A stretch of DNA of 64,000 bases from an uncultured beta proteobacterium (GTDB lineage: Bacteria; Pseudomonadota; Gammaproteobacteria; Burkholderiales; SG8-39). The DNA lies in the NCBI GenBank assembly GCA_963820965.1, contig CAWGCC010000007.1, forward strand, positions 28,277 to 92,276. Direction: 5' to 3'. The first letter of the stretch is position 1. The number at the start of each line of letters is the position of its first letter. The position numbers were made by a program, and so were the translations under genes. Below, one piece after another: positions 1-9,801 of this stretch. The notes below the pieces were generated by a model. That model was given only the letters and a program-made list of their open reading frames with translations, did not search any database and had not been told where the DNA came from.

Positions 1-72
1 AGCCGGGCCCGAGCCGCTGGTGAAGAGGTCGTTCATCCACTCCATGTTCCACAGCAAGAGTCTCAGCTGCAT
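1..72 (-). CDS. N-terminus of probable endonuclease/exonuclease/phosphatase (EEP) family protein, runs off the window edge
   Basis: GGAGG RBS then ATG at 72; reads MQLRLLLWNMEWMNDLF, resembling the EEP N-terminal strand (xxxWNxxW). Not in the ORF track. Confidence 0.5.
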   Translation of the reverse strand, partial: MQLRLLLWNMEWMNDLFTSGSGPA

Positions 73-172
73 GGCGTCCTCCGGCCAGACCACCCCGGAA
101 GAATAGGGGGCGGAGCGCCGCGCGGCTGTAAGCCCTTCGGCCGAACAGGGATCGGCGGGAAGGAGGAGGTCC

Positions 173-991
173 TCAGCCCGCAGTGCAGCGTGCGAGGTGC
201 TGGGCGATCGCCGCGCTGACGGCGGCGGGGTGGGTCACCGGCGACATGTGGCCGGCGCCTTCGATCTCCACGAGGGAAGCCTGCGGGAGCTGCTCGCGCA
301 AGAGCTCCACGACAGCGTGCGCGGCGAGCGTGGTTGCCGTGCCGCGGACGAGGAGCGTCGGAATGCCCGCGGTCGCCAGGTTCTCGTAGCGGTCGGTCGC
401 CGCGAAGACCATGCGCCACTCCTGCGCGATCTTCGGCATGGTCTGCGTGATTCGCGCGCGCAGGTCCCCTGGCATCGCCCGCCAGGCGTCGAGGCCGATC
501 CAGTAGCCGAGGAAATGGTCGGCGCACGCGCCGAGGTCGCAGGCGTCGACGAGCGCGATGTGGCGGGTCGCGACCGACTCGATCTCGCGCCACGCTGCCT
601 CTTCGCCGAGGAGGCGCAGCAGCTGGAACGCGGTCGGCTCGATCAGGACGAGGCTCGCGATACGCTCCCGGCGCAGGCTCGCAGCGCGCAGGCAAAGCGC
701 ACCGCCGTAGGAATGGCCGACGAGATGCACGGCGGCGCCCGCGAGGTCGGCGAGCGCGTCGACGAGCTCGACCTCGTCGTCGAACGCGAGCGACTCGAGG
801 ACGGGCGGCGCCGGCGTCCCGCCGTACCCGTGCAGGTCGGGCGCGAGCACGCGATAGCGCGGCGAGAGATCGAGCACCGCGTAGCGCCACTGGCCGCGCG
901 TGCTGGCGCTGCCGTGGACGAGCACGACTGGCGGCCCGGTCCCCTCGTCGGTGTACGCGAGGGTCGTATGGCGCGCCAGCAGGGTTGGCAT
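173..991 (-). CDS. alpha/beta fold hydrolase
   Basis: 3' part of ORF 173..2578 from MPTLLARH; VLVHG, APDLHGYG, GHSYGG nucleophile elbow, GAGHM catalytic His. Confidence 0.85.
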   Translation of the reverse strand: MPTLLARHTTLAYTDEGTGPPVVLVHGSASTRGQWRYAVLDLSPRYRVLAPDLHGYGGTPAPPVLESLAFDDEVELVDALADLAGAAVHLVGHSYGGALCLRAASLRRERIASLVLIEPTAFQLLRLLGEEAAWREIESVATRHIALVDACDLGACADHFLGYWIGLDAWRAMPGDLRARITQTMPKIAQEWRMVFAATDRYENLATAGIPTLLVRGTATTLAAHAVVELLREQLPQASLVEIEGAGHMSPVTHPAAVSAAIAQHLARCTAG

Positions 992-1035
992 CGTCCGTCC
1001 GCTGTAGTCCCGCACGCGCCTGGGGCGCCCAGGGC

Positions 1036-2055
1036 TCAGGACTCGGCGCGGAGCAGCTTCGCCGCCTCGACCATCGCGCGCATCTTGCCGAAGGCGACTT
1101 CCCGCGGCAGGTACTTCATGCCGCAGTCGGGCGCGAGGATCACGTCCGCGCCGCGCACATAAGGCAGCGCCCGCCGGATCCGTGCGGCGACCGTCTCCGG
1201 CGTTTCGACCGTCAGGTCGTCGAGGTCGATGCAACCGACCATGATCTTCTTTCCCTCGAGCTTCGCGAGCACCGCGCAGTCGAGGTTCGACTGCGCGGTC
1301 TCGACCGAGACTTGGCGGCACGAGCACGCGGCGAGCTCGGGCAGGAAGGAGTACCCCGACGGGCGCTGGTGGATGATCGCCGCGTAGCCGAAGCAGATGT
1401 GCACCGCGGTCGTCCCGGTTACACCGTCGAGCGCGCGGTTGAGCGCCTTCAGACCGTAGACCCGGGCCTTCTCCGGCCGGGCCTGCATGTACGGCTCGTC
1501 GATCTGCACGATGTCGGCGCCGGCGGCGAAGAGGTCGCGGATCTCCTCGTTCACCGCGGCCGCGTAATCCATCGCGGCGGCCTCCTCGCTCGGGTAGAAA
1601 TCGTTCTGGGCCTGCTGCGACATCGTGAACGGCCCGGGCACGGTCATCTTGACCATGCGCGTGGTATGGCGCTTGAGGAACTCGAGGTCCGCGACCTCGA
1701 CCGGATGCTTGCGGCGGATCTTCCCGACGACGCGCGGCACCGGGTTCGGATGGCCGGAGCGATCGAGCGCGGTGCCGGGGTTGTCGATGTCGACGCCTTC
1801 GAGCGCGGTGGCGAAGCGGTTGGAGTAGCTCTCCCGGCGGATCTCGCCGTCGGTGACGATGTCGAGCCCGGCGTCCTCCTGCGCCTTGATCGCCATGATC
1901 GTCGCGTCGTCCTGCGCCTCGGCGAGGAACGGCTCGGGGACCCGCCACAGCTCCTGCGCGCGCACCCTGGGCGGGAAGCGTCCGGCGAGTCGCTTGCGGT
2001 CGATCAGCCACTCGGGCTGGGGGTAGCTGCCTACGAGCGTGGTCGGGAACAGCAC
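1036..2055 (-). CDS. cobalamin-independent methionine synthase II family protein (single-barrel MetE-like Zn enzyme)
   Basis: TTLVGSYP, DIVTDGE, IVQIDEP, Zn ligands HIC and APDCG. Confidence 0.85.
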   Translation of the reverse strand: MLFPTTLVGSYPQPEWLIDRKRLAGRFPPRVRAQELWRVPEPFLAEAQDDATIMAIKAQEDAGLDIVTDGEIRRESYSNRFATALEGVDIDNPGTALDRSGHPNPVPRVVGKIRRKHPVEVADLEFLKRHTTRMVKMTVPGPFTMSQQAQNDFYPSEEAAAMDYAAAVNEEIRDLFAAGADIVQIDEPYMQARPEKARVYGLKALNRALDGVTGTTAVHICFGYAAIIHQRPSGYSFLPELAACSCRQVSVETAQSNLDCAVLAKLEGKKIMVGCIDLDDLTVETPETVAARIRRALPYVRGADVILAPDCGMKYLPREVAFGKMRAMVEAAKLLRAES

Positions 2056-2064
2056 GCCCGCACC

Positions 2065-3285
2065 TCAGGGCTTCAAGCCCTGGAACAGCTTCTCCCGCCC
2101 GACCTTGATGCTGAACTCGCCGTCGTACATGAACACGTCGGCGGTGGCGAAGGTGTCGCCGTACGCCTCGGGGATGAACGAGCCGGTGCCGATCGCGTCG
2201 ACGGGCGCACGCGCGTTGCCGAACATCTTGCACTTGAAGACGTTGAACCCCGAGGAGGCGACGATGCGCGCGCCGTTGAACCCCGCGGCGTCGAGGCTCT
2301 GGCGCATGTGGATCACCGCCGCGAGCGACACGCCGGTACCGAAGAGCACGCGGCGCACGCGGTCCTTGACGACGTTCAGCGTGTCGGCATCGTACGCGTC
2401 CTCGCCCATGACCATGCGCACTGCCTCGTACTCGTTCGGGACGTGCAGCCAGCTGGCGACGGTCTCGACCGAGTTGTCGTACGTCAGCCCCTCGGCGAAG
2501 CGGTCGCCGTGGGTGTCGATGCGCAGGCTGAGCGTCCGCGTCCCGCTCCTGTCCTGCGGCAGGTAATCCTGGAACCACCAGCGGCAGACCTCGAGCGCGT
2601 CCGAGTACTCGCGCGCGTAGAAGTCGACGAGCACGGTGAGGTTGTCATGCGGATGGGTTTCGACGTACATCTGCGCCGCGCGCAGCGTCGACCCGGCGTA
2701 ACCGATCAGCGCGTGCGGCATCGTGCCGGTGCCGCGCTCGGCGCCGTAGAAGTGCGCGGTGAGGTCCTGCGACGTGCCGACGAACCCGATCGCGCCGGCG
2801 AGCTTCGCCATGCGGCTGCCGACCGAGGCGCCGTACGCCGCGAGCTGCGTCATGTCGTCGCCGGTCGCGTGGCGCGCGTGCATGTCGATGAACGCCGTCT
2901 TCGGCAGGTTCATCGCCATGCGGTTCGCGTTGTAGGCCGACACCGAGGCGACGCCCACGCGCTGCAGGATCAGGGTCTCCAGCTCGGCGAGGCCGGCGAA
3001 CGAGCCGGTGTAGGTGAAGAGCGGCTTGCCATCGGGAACGAACGCGCCTTCCTCGTAGAGCCGCGTGATCTTGAGCGGCGTCGCCTCGGCGGGGTAGTAC
3101 TCGCGCAGGCACTCGATCGCCGGATTGATCGCGCAGATCACGCGCCGGCGCATGAAGACGCCGTAGGTGACCGCCTTGTCGCCGAACCTCTCGACGATCT
3201 CGCGCGACTTGGTGAAGTACTTGTCGGTGCGGGTGCGGACGTACTCCGCCTTCTTGGCGGGGACGATCTCGAGCGGCTTCTGCAT
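2065..3285 (-). CDS. pncB: nicotinate phosphoribosyltransferase
   Basis: TDKYF, GTMPHALIG (phospho-His motif), VLVD, RIDT, IVASSG, GTGS motifs. Confidence 0.75.
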   Translation of the reverse strand: MQKPLEIVPAKKAEYVRTRTDKYFTKSREIVERFGDKAVTYGVFMRRRVICAINPAIECLREYYPAEATPLKITRLYEEGAFVPDGKPLFTYTGSFAGLAELETLILQRVGVASVSAYNANRMAMNLPKTAFIDMHARHATGDDMTQLAAYGASVGSRMAKLAGAIGFVGTSQDLTAHFYGAERGTGTMPHALIGYAGSTLRAAQMYVETHPHDNLTVLVDFYAREYSDALEVCRWWFQDYLPQDRSGTRTLSLRIDTHGDRFAEGLTYDNSVETVASWLHVPNEYEAVRMVMGEDAYDADTLNVVKDRVRRVLFGTGVSLAAVIHMRQSLDAAGFNGARIVASSGFNVFKCKMFGNARAPVDAIGTGSFIPEAYGDTFATADVFMYDGEFSIKVGREKLFQGLKP

Positions 3286-3362
3286 GGCGGCCTTCCGGGG
3301 GGGACGCGTCGCGGAATTGTAGCGCTTACAATAGGCGCTGGAAGCTATCGCGTACCGTCACC

Positions 3363-3686
3363 ATGCGCCGCTCCCTCGCCGCCGTCCTGCTCGCTGCCGC
3401 GCTTCCCGGGTGCGCCAGCAACTACGCCGTGTACGGTGCCACCCCGGGCGCGACCGCTGTGACCACCGGCACGGCCGTCCTGATCAACGGCGGCCTCTGG
3501 GCCTCGATCTCTCTCAGCACCGCGGCGGTGAACGTTCTTACCGGGGTGGGTATCGTTTCGATCCTCGCGGCGGGCAACAATCTCTCGCCGCTCCCGCTCC
3601 CGCCGATGCGCGAGGACCGCGAGATCAACGAGCAGGACTGCACCGCCCCGATCGCGAGCACGACCGCGAACCTCAAGTGCCGGTGA
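3363..3686 (+). CDS. hypothetical lipoprotein
   Basis: Signal peptide with lipobox LPGC; two C-terminal Cys. Confidence 0.6.
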   Translation: MRRSLAAVLLAAALPGCASNYAVYGATPGATAVTTGTAVLINGGLWASISLSTAAVNVLTGVGIVSILAAGNNLSPLPLPPMREDREINEQDCTAPIASTTANLKCR

Positions 3687-4572
3687 CCGCGGCGAGCCAC
3701 AGCGGCAGCGTGACGAGGCTCGCGGCGACGCCGTAGGAGATGATGGTCGAGGCGACGCCGCCGTCGCCGCCCAGCCGGACCGCCATGATGTACGCCGCCG
3801 ACGCCGTCGGCAGCGCAGCGTACGCGACCGCCAGCGTGACGGTCTCGGCGGGGAGCGCGAGCGCGGTACCGAGTCCCCAGGCGACGGCCGGCAGCGCCAC
3901 GAGCTTCACCGCGAGGATGTACGCGACGAATGCCTTGTGCGCGCGCGGCGGGGTCGGATCGAGCGCGGCGCCGACGGCGAGGAGGCCGAGCACGAGCGAG
4001 GCCGCGCCGAGCCGGCCGAGCACCGTCTGGGCGACCTCGGGCAGCGGCAGTCCTGCGGCGCCCCACGCGACCCCTGCGACCAGCGCCACGACCAGCGGAT
4101 TCGTCGCGATCTCCCGCGCGATGCTCACGCCGCGCGCGCCGGCGAACCCCGCCACGGCGACAACGGTCGCGATCGGGACCGTCACGCCGATCACCACCGC
4201 GACCGCGGCGAGCCCCGGGTCGCCGAAGAGACGCCCCCCGAGCGCGAGCGCGATGTAGGAGTTGAAGCGGAACGCGCACTGGAAGCCGGCGGCGAACACC
4301 CGCGGCGAGGGCCTGAACGCGAGCTTGCCGAGGAGCCCGAGCGAGATCCCCGCCGCGATGGCCGCGAGCACGACGCCGACCAGCGGGCCGGCGGTGGCGA
4401 GATCGATGCGAGCGCGCGCGTTCGAGTAGAAGAGCAGCGCCGGGAAGAGGACGAAGTAGGTGAGCTTCTCGATCCCGGCCCAGAACTCACCGCCCCAGCG
4501 CGTCGCGCGGGCGAGCAGGAAGCCGCCGACGATCAGCGCGAGGTCGGGGAGAAGGAGGGCGAGAATGGACAA
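3673..4572 (-). CDS. AEC (auxin efflux carrier) family transporter
   Basis: About 10 hydrophobic segments; YFVLFPALLF, FRFNSYI, NPLVVA, KLVALP, LPTASAAY. Confidence 0.85.
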   Translation of the reverse strand: MSILALLLPDLALIVGGFLLARATRWGGEFWAGIEKLTYFVLFPALLFYSNARARIDLATAGPLVGVVLAAIAAGISLGLLGKLAFRPSPRVFAAGFQCAFRFNSYIALALGGRLFGDPGLAAVAVVIGVTVPIATVVAVAGFAGARGVSIAREIATNPLVVALVAGVAWGAAGLPLPEVAQTVLGRLGAASLVLGLLAVGAALDPTPPRAHKAFVAYILAVKLVALPAVAWGLGTALALPAETVTLAVAYAALPTASAAYIMAVRLGGDGGVASTIISYGVAASLVTLPLWLAAVTGT

Positions 4573-4648
4573 GGCGCGCGGCCCGCGACCGGATCAGGCG
4601 GCGATGTTACATTTGGCGCCGAACTCCGCAACGTACGAGGAGACCCCC

Positions 4649-4934
4649 GTGAGCATTCACTTCGTCGTCCACGAGGAAGGCGACTCGGTCGGCGTCGTCG
4701 TCGTCGAAGGCGTGAAGGCGGGCGACGCGCTCACCGGCTGGATCATGGAGCAGGACAAGATCGTCAACCTGAAGACGCGCACGACATCCCGATCGGCCAC
4801 AAGATCGCGCTGAAGGACCTGAAGAACGGCGACACGGTGATCAAGTACGGCGTCGGACATCGGGCAAGACGATCGCGCCGATCAAGCTGGGCGAGCACCT
4901 GCACGTGCACAACGTGAAGACCAAGCGCTGGTGA
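4649..4934 (+). CDS. suyA: SAF-domain UxaA-family small subunit, SuyA-like ((2R)-sulfolactate sulfo-lyase alpha); apparent indels near 4780, 4855 and 4862
   Basis: GAGGAG RBS, GTG start; reconstructed [25 protein letters not shown]...[28 protein letters not shown]...[10 protein letters not shown] across frames. Confidence 0.75.
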
Positions 4935-4936
4935 GC

Positions 4937-6117
4937 ATGGCGATCGATCTCGGCAAAGCGACTTTCCGGGGCTACAAGCGCGAGAATGGCCGGGTCGGCG
5001 TGCGCAACCACGTCATCATCCTGCCGGTCGACGACCTCTCGAACGCCGCGGCCGAAGGCGTGGCGCAACAACATCAAGGGCACGATGGCGATCCCGCACC
5101 CGTACGGCCGGCTGCAGTTCGGCGCCGACCTCGAGCTGCACTTCCGCACGCTGATCGGCACCGGCTGCAACCCCAACGTCGCCGCGGTGGTGGTGATCGG
5201 CATCGAGGACGGCTGGACGAAGAAGGTCGTCGACGGCATCGCGACCACCGGCAAGCCGGTCGGCGGCTTCGGCATCGAGCAGCAACGGCGACCACGACAC
5301 GATCATGCGCGCGTCGAAGGCGGCGAAGGAGTTCGTGCAGTGGGCGAGCGAGCTGCATCGCGAGCGAGCGCGCCGCTGAAGGACCTGTGGGTCTCGACCA
5401 AGTGCGGCGAGTCGGACACGACCTCCGGCTGCGGCGCGAACCCGACCGTCGGCAACGCGTTCGACAAGCTCTACCCGCACGGCATGACGCTCGTCTTCGG
5501 CGAGACGACCGAGCTGACCGGCGGCGAGCACCTGGTCGCGCAGCGCTGCCGCGACGCCGGAGGTGCGCGAGAAGTTCATGTTCATGTTCGACCGCTACCA
5601 GGAGGTGATCAACCGCCACAAGACGAGCGACCTCTCGGACTCGCAGCCGACCAAGGGCAACATCGCCGGCGGCCTCACCACCATCGAGGAGAAGGCGCTC
5701 GGCAACATCCAGAAGATCGGCAGCAAGTGCCTGGTCGACGGCGTGATCGACAAGGCCGAGACGCCGACCGGTCCCGGCCTGTGGTTCATGGATTCGTCGT
5801 CTGCGGCCGCCGAGATGGTGACGCTGTGCGCGGCCTCCGGCTACGTCGTGCACTTCTTCCCGACCGGACAGGGCAACGTGATCGGCAACCCGATCCTGCC
5901 GGTGATCAAGCTGTGCGCGAACCCGCGCACCGTGCGCACGATGGGCGAGCACATCGACGTCGACGTCTCGGGGCTGCTGCGCAGGGAGATCACCCTGGAC
6001 CAGGCCGGCGACAAGCTGCTCGAGTGCATGTTCCGCACCGCCAACGGCCGGCTGACCGCGGCCGAGGCGCTCGGCCATCGCGAGTTCGTCCTGACGCGGC
6101 TCTACGAAAGCGCCTAG
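4937..6117 (+). CDS. suyB: UxaA-family hydrolase, SuyB-like ((2R)-sulfolactate sulfo-lyase beta); apparent indels near 5067, 5285, 5368 and 5560
   Basis: Pieces in ORFs 4931, 4986 and 5563: [87 protein letters not shown]. Confidence 0.8.
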
Positions 6118-6157
6118 CTTCGCATCTGCCTGAACGCTCTCTCGCGATTCCGCACTC

Positions 6158-7267
6158 GTGACCGCGAAACGCGCGTCGGACGCGAACCCGTTCACCGACC
6201 GGACGTCGCGGCCCCAGCTCGACGGGCCGTACGTCCGCGAGGAGCTCGCGCTCGCGTTCCGCAACTCGGGCCTGCCGCTCGAGGCGTTGCGCTACGACGT
6301 GACGCCGGCGGGTCTCCACTACACGCTCAGCCACTTCGACCTCCCCCGGCTTGACGAACGTACGTTCCGGCTGCAGATCGGCGGGCGGGTTGCGCGGCCG
6401 CTCTCGCTGACCCTGGCGGAGCTGCGCGACATGCCGCAGACGACGCTCCGCGTCACGCTGGAATGCGCGGGCAACGGCCGCGGTCTGATGGCGCCGCGCT
6501 ACCCGAGCATGCCGTGGCTCCACGACGGCGTCGGCACGGCGGAATGGACCGGCGTCCCGCTTCGCCTGGTGCTCGAGCGCGCGTGGCTCGCGGCCGATGC
6601 GCTCGAGATCGCCTTCATCGGCGCCGACCGCGGGTTCGACCGGTGCGTCGAGCACGACTACGGACGCAGCCTGAAACAGGCCCAGGCGCGGTCCGATGAC
6701 GTGCTGCTCGCGCACGCGATGAACGGGGCGCCGCTCCTGCCCCAGCACGGCGCGCCGCTGCGGCTCGTCGTGCCCGGCTGGTTCGGCATGGCGAGCGTGA
6801 AGTGGCTGGTGCGGATCGTGGCGCTCGATCGCCCATACGACGGCTTCCAGCAGGCGGTGGGCTATCACTATCGCAAGTTCCACGGCGAAACGGGCGTGCC
6901 GATCACGCACGCGAAGGTGAAATCGCTGCTGGCACCGCCCGGAATTCCGGACTGGTACACGCGGCGGCGGCTGGTCGACCGCGGGCCCGTCGTGCTCGAA
7001 GGGCGTGCCTGGTCGGGCGCAGGCTCTGCCGCCACCCGGGTCGAGCTGGCGGTCGACGGCGAATGGCGCGATGCCGCAGTCGAGGCGCAGTCGCACCGCT
7101 ACGCCTGGCAGCGCTGGACCTGCGTATGGGAGGCGACGCCGGGCGAGCACGAGCTCGCCTGCCGCGCGACCGACGCTGCCGGCATGACGCAGCCGCTCGA
7201 GCCGGAGTGGAATACGAACGGCATGGGCAACAACGCCGTGCAGCGGGTGCAGGTCACGGTCCGCTGA
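6158..7267 (+). CDS. sulfite oxidase family molybdopterin oxidoreductase, no signal peptide
   Basis: LECAGNGR (Moco Cys), [28 protein letters not shown]-terminal dimerization domain RATDAAG...WN..GMGNN. Confidence 0.9.
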   Translation: MTAKRASDANPFTDRTSRPQLDGPYVREELALAFRNSGLPLEALRYDVTPAGLHYTLSHFDLPRLDERTFRLQIGGRVARPLSLTLAELRDMPQTTLRVTLECAGNGRGLMAPRYPSMPWLHDGVGTAEWTGVPLRLVLERAWLAADALEIAFIGADRGFDRCVEHDYGRSLKQAQARSDDVLLAHAMNGAPLLPQHGAPLRLVVPGWFGMASVKWLVRIVALDRPYDGFQQAVGYHYRKFHGETGVPITHAKVKSLLAPPGIPDWYTRRRLVDRGPVVLEGRAWSGAGSAATRVELAVDGEWRDAAVEAQSHRYAWQRWTCVWEATPGEHELACRATDAAGMTQPLEPEWNTNGMGNNAVQRVQVTVR

Positions 7268-7293
7268 GCGCCGAGCGGAATTTGGCGCAAGAG

Positions 7294-7404
7294 ATGCCGC
7301 GCATCGCGTTGCACGAGCTCGCCGCACTCGCTGCCCGGGCGCTCGTCGCCGCGGTCGGCCTCGCCTTCCCGGCCTGCGCGCTCGCCGGAGAATCGGCGAG
7401 ATGA
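7294..7404 (+). pseudogene. possible remnant of an Ldh_2 (ComC-like sulfolactate/malate dehydrogenase) gene
   Basis: 36-codon ORF MPRIALHELAALAARALVAAVGLAFPACALAGESAR; N-terminus resembles Ldh_2 starts; stop overlaps the next ATG. Confidence 0.35.
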
Positions 7405-8115
7405 GCACACTGGCCGTCGACGTCTGGCGCGGCGCGGAAGAAGGGCGCTATCAGCGCTTCGAAGTGCCGCGCGAGGCGAACCAGACGGTGCTGGACGTCG
7501 TCACCTACATCCAGCGCCGGCTCGATCCGACCCTCGCCTACCGCTTCGCCTGCCGCGTCGGGATGTGCGGCTCGTGCGCGATGACGGTGAACGGCGTCGC
7601 ACGCTGGACCTGTCGCACTCACGTCTCGAAGGTCGTGCGCGCCGGCCGGCTCGAGGTCGGTCCCTTGCGCAACCTCCCGGTGATCAAGGACCTCGCGACC
7701 GACATGCGCGAGTTCTTCGACAAGTGGGCGCGCGCGAAGGGCGAGCTTCGTTCCCACCGCCACCCGCCACGACGATTTCGCGCGCGTGCCGCCCGAGTCG
7801 CCGGCGCGGGCCGCGGCGAGCGCGGGCATCGAGTGCATCGGCTGCGGCGTCTGCTACGCCGCCTGCGACGTCGTGTCGTGGAACCCCGATTACCTCGGCC
7901 CCGCGGCGCTCAACCGCGCCTGGACGCTGGTGAACGACGTGCGCGACGGCGCCCGGGCCGAGCGGCTGCGGGCGGTCGCGGGCGACGCCGGCTGCCACGC
8001 CTGCCACACCCACATGAGCTGCACCGAGCGCTGCCCGAAACACCTCTCGCCCACCGCGGCGATCGCGGGCCTGAAGCGCGCGACCGCCGTCGCCGCGCTC
8101 AAGGGCGAGCTGTGA
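7401..8115 (+). CDS. succinate dehydrogenase/fumarate reductase-like iron-sulfur subunit (frameshift near 7750)
   Basis: CRVGMCGSC...C 2Fe-2S motif, PLRNLPVIKDL, then CIGCGVCYAAC and CHTHMSCTERCP in the next frame. Confidence 0.9.
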
Positions 8116-8453
8116 GCCCGCGCGCGGAGACGCGGCTCTGGATCGCGCAACGCGCGAGTGCGCTGGTGCTCGCGCTGTGCGTGCTCGTCCACCTGATCGT
8201 GATCGTGTATGCGATGCGCGGCGGGCTGTCGGCCGCCGAGATCCTGGGCCGCACGCGCGGCAACGCCGGCTGGCTCGCGTTCTACGGCGTGTTCGTGCTC
8301 GCTGCCGCCGTGCACGCGCCGATCGGGTTGCGGACGATCTGCATGGAGTGGCTCGGCTGGCGCGGGCGGTCGCTCTCGATCGCCGTTCATCTCCTCGCAG
8401 TGGTGCTTGCTGCGCTCGGGCTGCGCGCGATATGGGCCGTGTTTTCGCCGTGA
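8112..8453 (+). CDS. Sdh-like hydrophobic membrane anchor subunit (SdhD-like)
   Basis: GTG overlapping the previous stop; WIAQRASALVL, three TM helices, VHAPIGLRTI heme-ligand His. Confidence 0.8.
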   Translation: MSPRAETRLWIAQRASALVLALCVLVHLIVIVYAMRGGLSAAEILGRTRGNAGWLAFYGVFVLAAAVHAPIGLRTICMEWLGWRGRSLSIAVHLLAVVLAALGLRAIWAVFSP

Positions 8454-8794
8454 GGAACGACTTCCGCGCGCGCAGTCACCCGGCCTGGTGGGCGTTTCTC
8501 GTCCACCGGCTGTCGGGGCTCGCGCTCGCCATGTTCCTGCCGTTCCACTTCTGGGCGCTCGGCCAGGCGCTCGCCGGCGAAGCCGCGCTCGACGGCTTCC
8601 TCCGGTGGGCCGAGCAGCCGCTCGTCAAGGCGGCCGAATGGGGGCTCGTCGTTCTCCTTGCCGCCCATCTCGCCGGTGGCCTGAGGGTCCTGGCGCTGGA
8701 GTTCCTGCCGTGGCGCGACTGGCAGAAGTCGCTCCTCGCGGCCGCGGCGGGGCTCACCATCGTCGCCGGCCTCGCCCTGGCGCTCGCGCTTTGA
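8450..8794 (+). CDS. Sdh-like cytochrome b556 subunit (SdhC-like)
   Basis: FLVHRLSGLAL and AHLAGGLRVL motifs; three TM helices. Confidence 0.85.
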   Translation: MRNDFRARSHPAWWAFLVHRLSGLALAMFLPFHFWALGQALAGEAALDGFLRWAEQPLVKAAEWGLVVLLAAHLAGGLRVLALEFLPWRDWQKSLLAAAAGLTIVAGLALALAL

Positions 8795-8826
8795 GCGAGA
8801 ATCGCCGCTCGACCCTCGGAGGGGCA

Positions 8827-9801
8827 ATGAGAATTCTCGTGCTCGGACTCGCCCGTGCGCTCGCCGCCGGGCTCCTGATCGCACCGCTCGTTGCGGCGGC
8901 GCAAGGCTACCCGGCGAAGCCGGTGCGCTTCATCGTGCCGTTCCCGCCCGGCGGGGCGACCGACATTTCGGCGCGGATCGTCGGGCAGAAGCTCGCCGAG
9001 ATGTGGGGCCAGACCGTGGTGATCGAGAACCGCGGCGGCGCGGGCGGCAACGTCGGGGCGGCGGAAGCCGCGAAAGCGGTGCCCGACGGCTACACGCTGT
9101 TCTTCCCTTCCGGCTCCGTGATGACGGCGAACGAGCACATCTACGCCAACATGAACGTGCGCCCGGAGCGGGATTTCATCCCGGTCACGAACGTGGTCCG
9201 CGGCGCGCAGGTGGTGGCGGTGCCCGCGAACTCGCCGTACCGGACGCTCAAGGACCTGATCGCAGCGGCGAGGGCGAATCCCGGCAAGCTCAACTACGGG
9301 CACGCCGGCATCGGCAGCCAGACGCATCTCGCGGCCGAAAACTTCCTGCTCGCCGCCGGCATCGAGATTCAGAACGTGCCGTACAAGGGCGAGGGTCCGG
9401 CGGTCGCGGATCTCGTCGCCGGGCAGCTCACGATGGCGACGCCGAACGTTGCCGCGGCGATCAGCTTCATCAACGGCGGCAAGCTCCGCGCGCTCGGGGT
9501 GACGAGCAGGGAGCGCGCATCGCAGCTGCGCGACGTGCCCGCGGTCGGCGAGACGCTCTCCGGCTTCGAGAACTACGGCTGGTTCGGCCTCGTCGCGCCG
9601 ACCGGTACGCCGAAAGAGGTCGTCGACAAGGTCTACCGCGACACCGTGAAGGCGCTCGACTCGACCGAGATGCGCGCGCGATTCTTCGTGCAGGGGCTCG
9701 AGCCGGTCGGGAACACGCCCGAGGAGTTCGCTCGCGCGATGCGGACCGAGCGCGCGCTCTGGCAGAAGGTCGTGCGCGAGCGCAGGATCAGGGCGAACTG
9801 A
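8827..9801 (+). CDS. Bug/TctC tripartite tricarboxylate transporter substrate-binding protein
   Basis: Signal peptide, YPAKPVRFIVPFPPGGATD, VVIENRGGAGG, PDGYTL, VPYKG. Confidence 0.92.
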   Translation: MRILVLGLARALAAGLLIAPLVAAAQGYPAKPVRFIVPFPPGGATDISARIVGQKLAEMWGQTVVIENRGGAGGNVGAAEAAKAVPDGYTLFFPSGSVMTANEHIYANMNVRPERDFIPVTNVVRGAQVVAVPANSPYRTLKDLIAAARANPGKLNYGHAGIGSQTHLAAENFLLAAGIEIQNVPYKGEGPAVADLVAGQLTMATPNVAAAISFINGGKLRALGVTSRERASQLRDVPAVGETLSGFENYGWFGLVAPTGTPKEVVDKVYRDTVKALDSTEMRARFFVQGLEPVGNTPEEFARAMRTERALWQKVVRERRIRAN

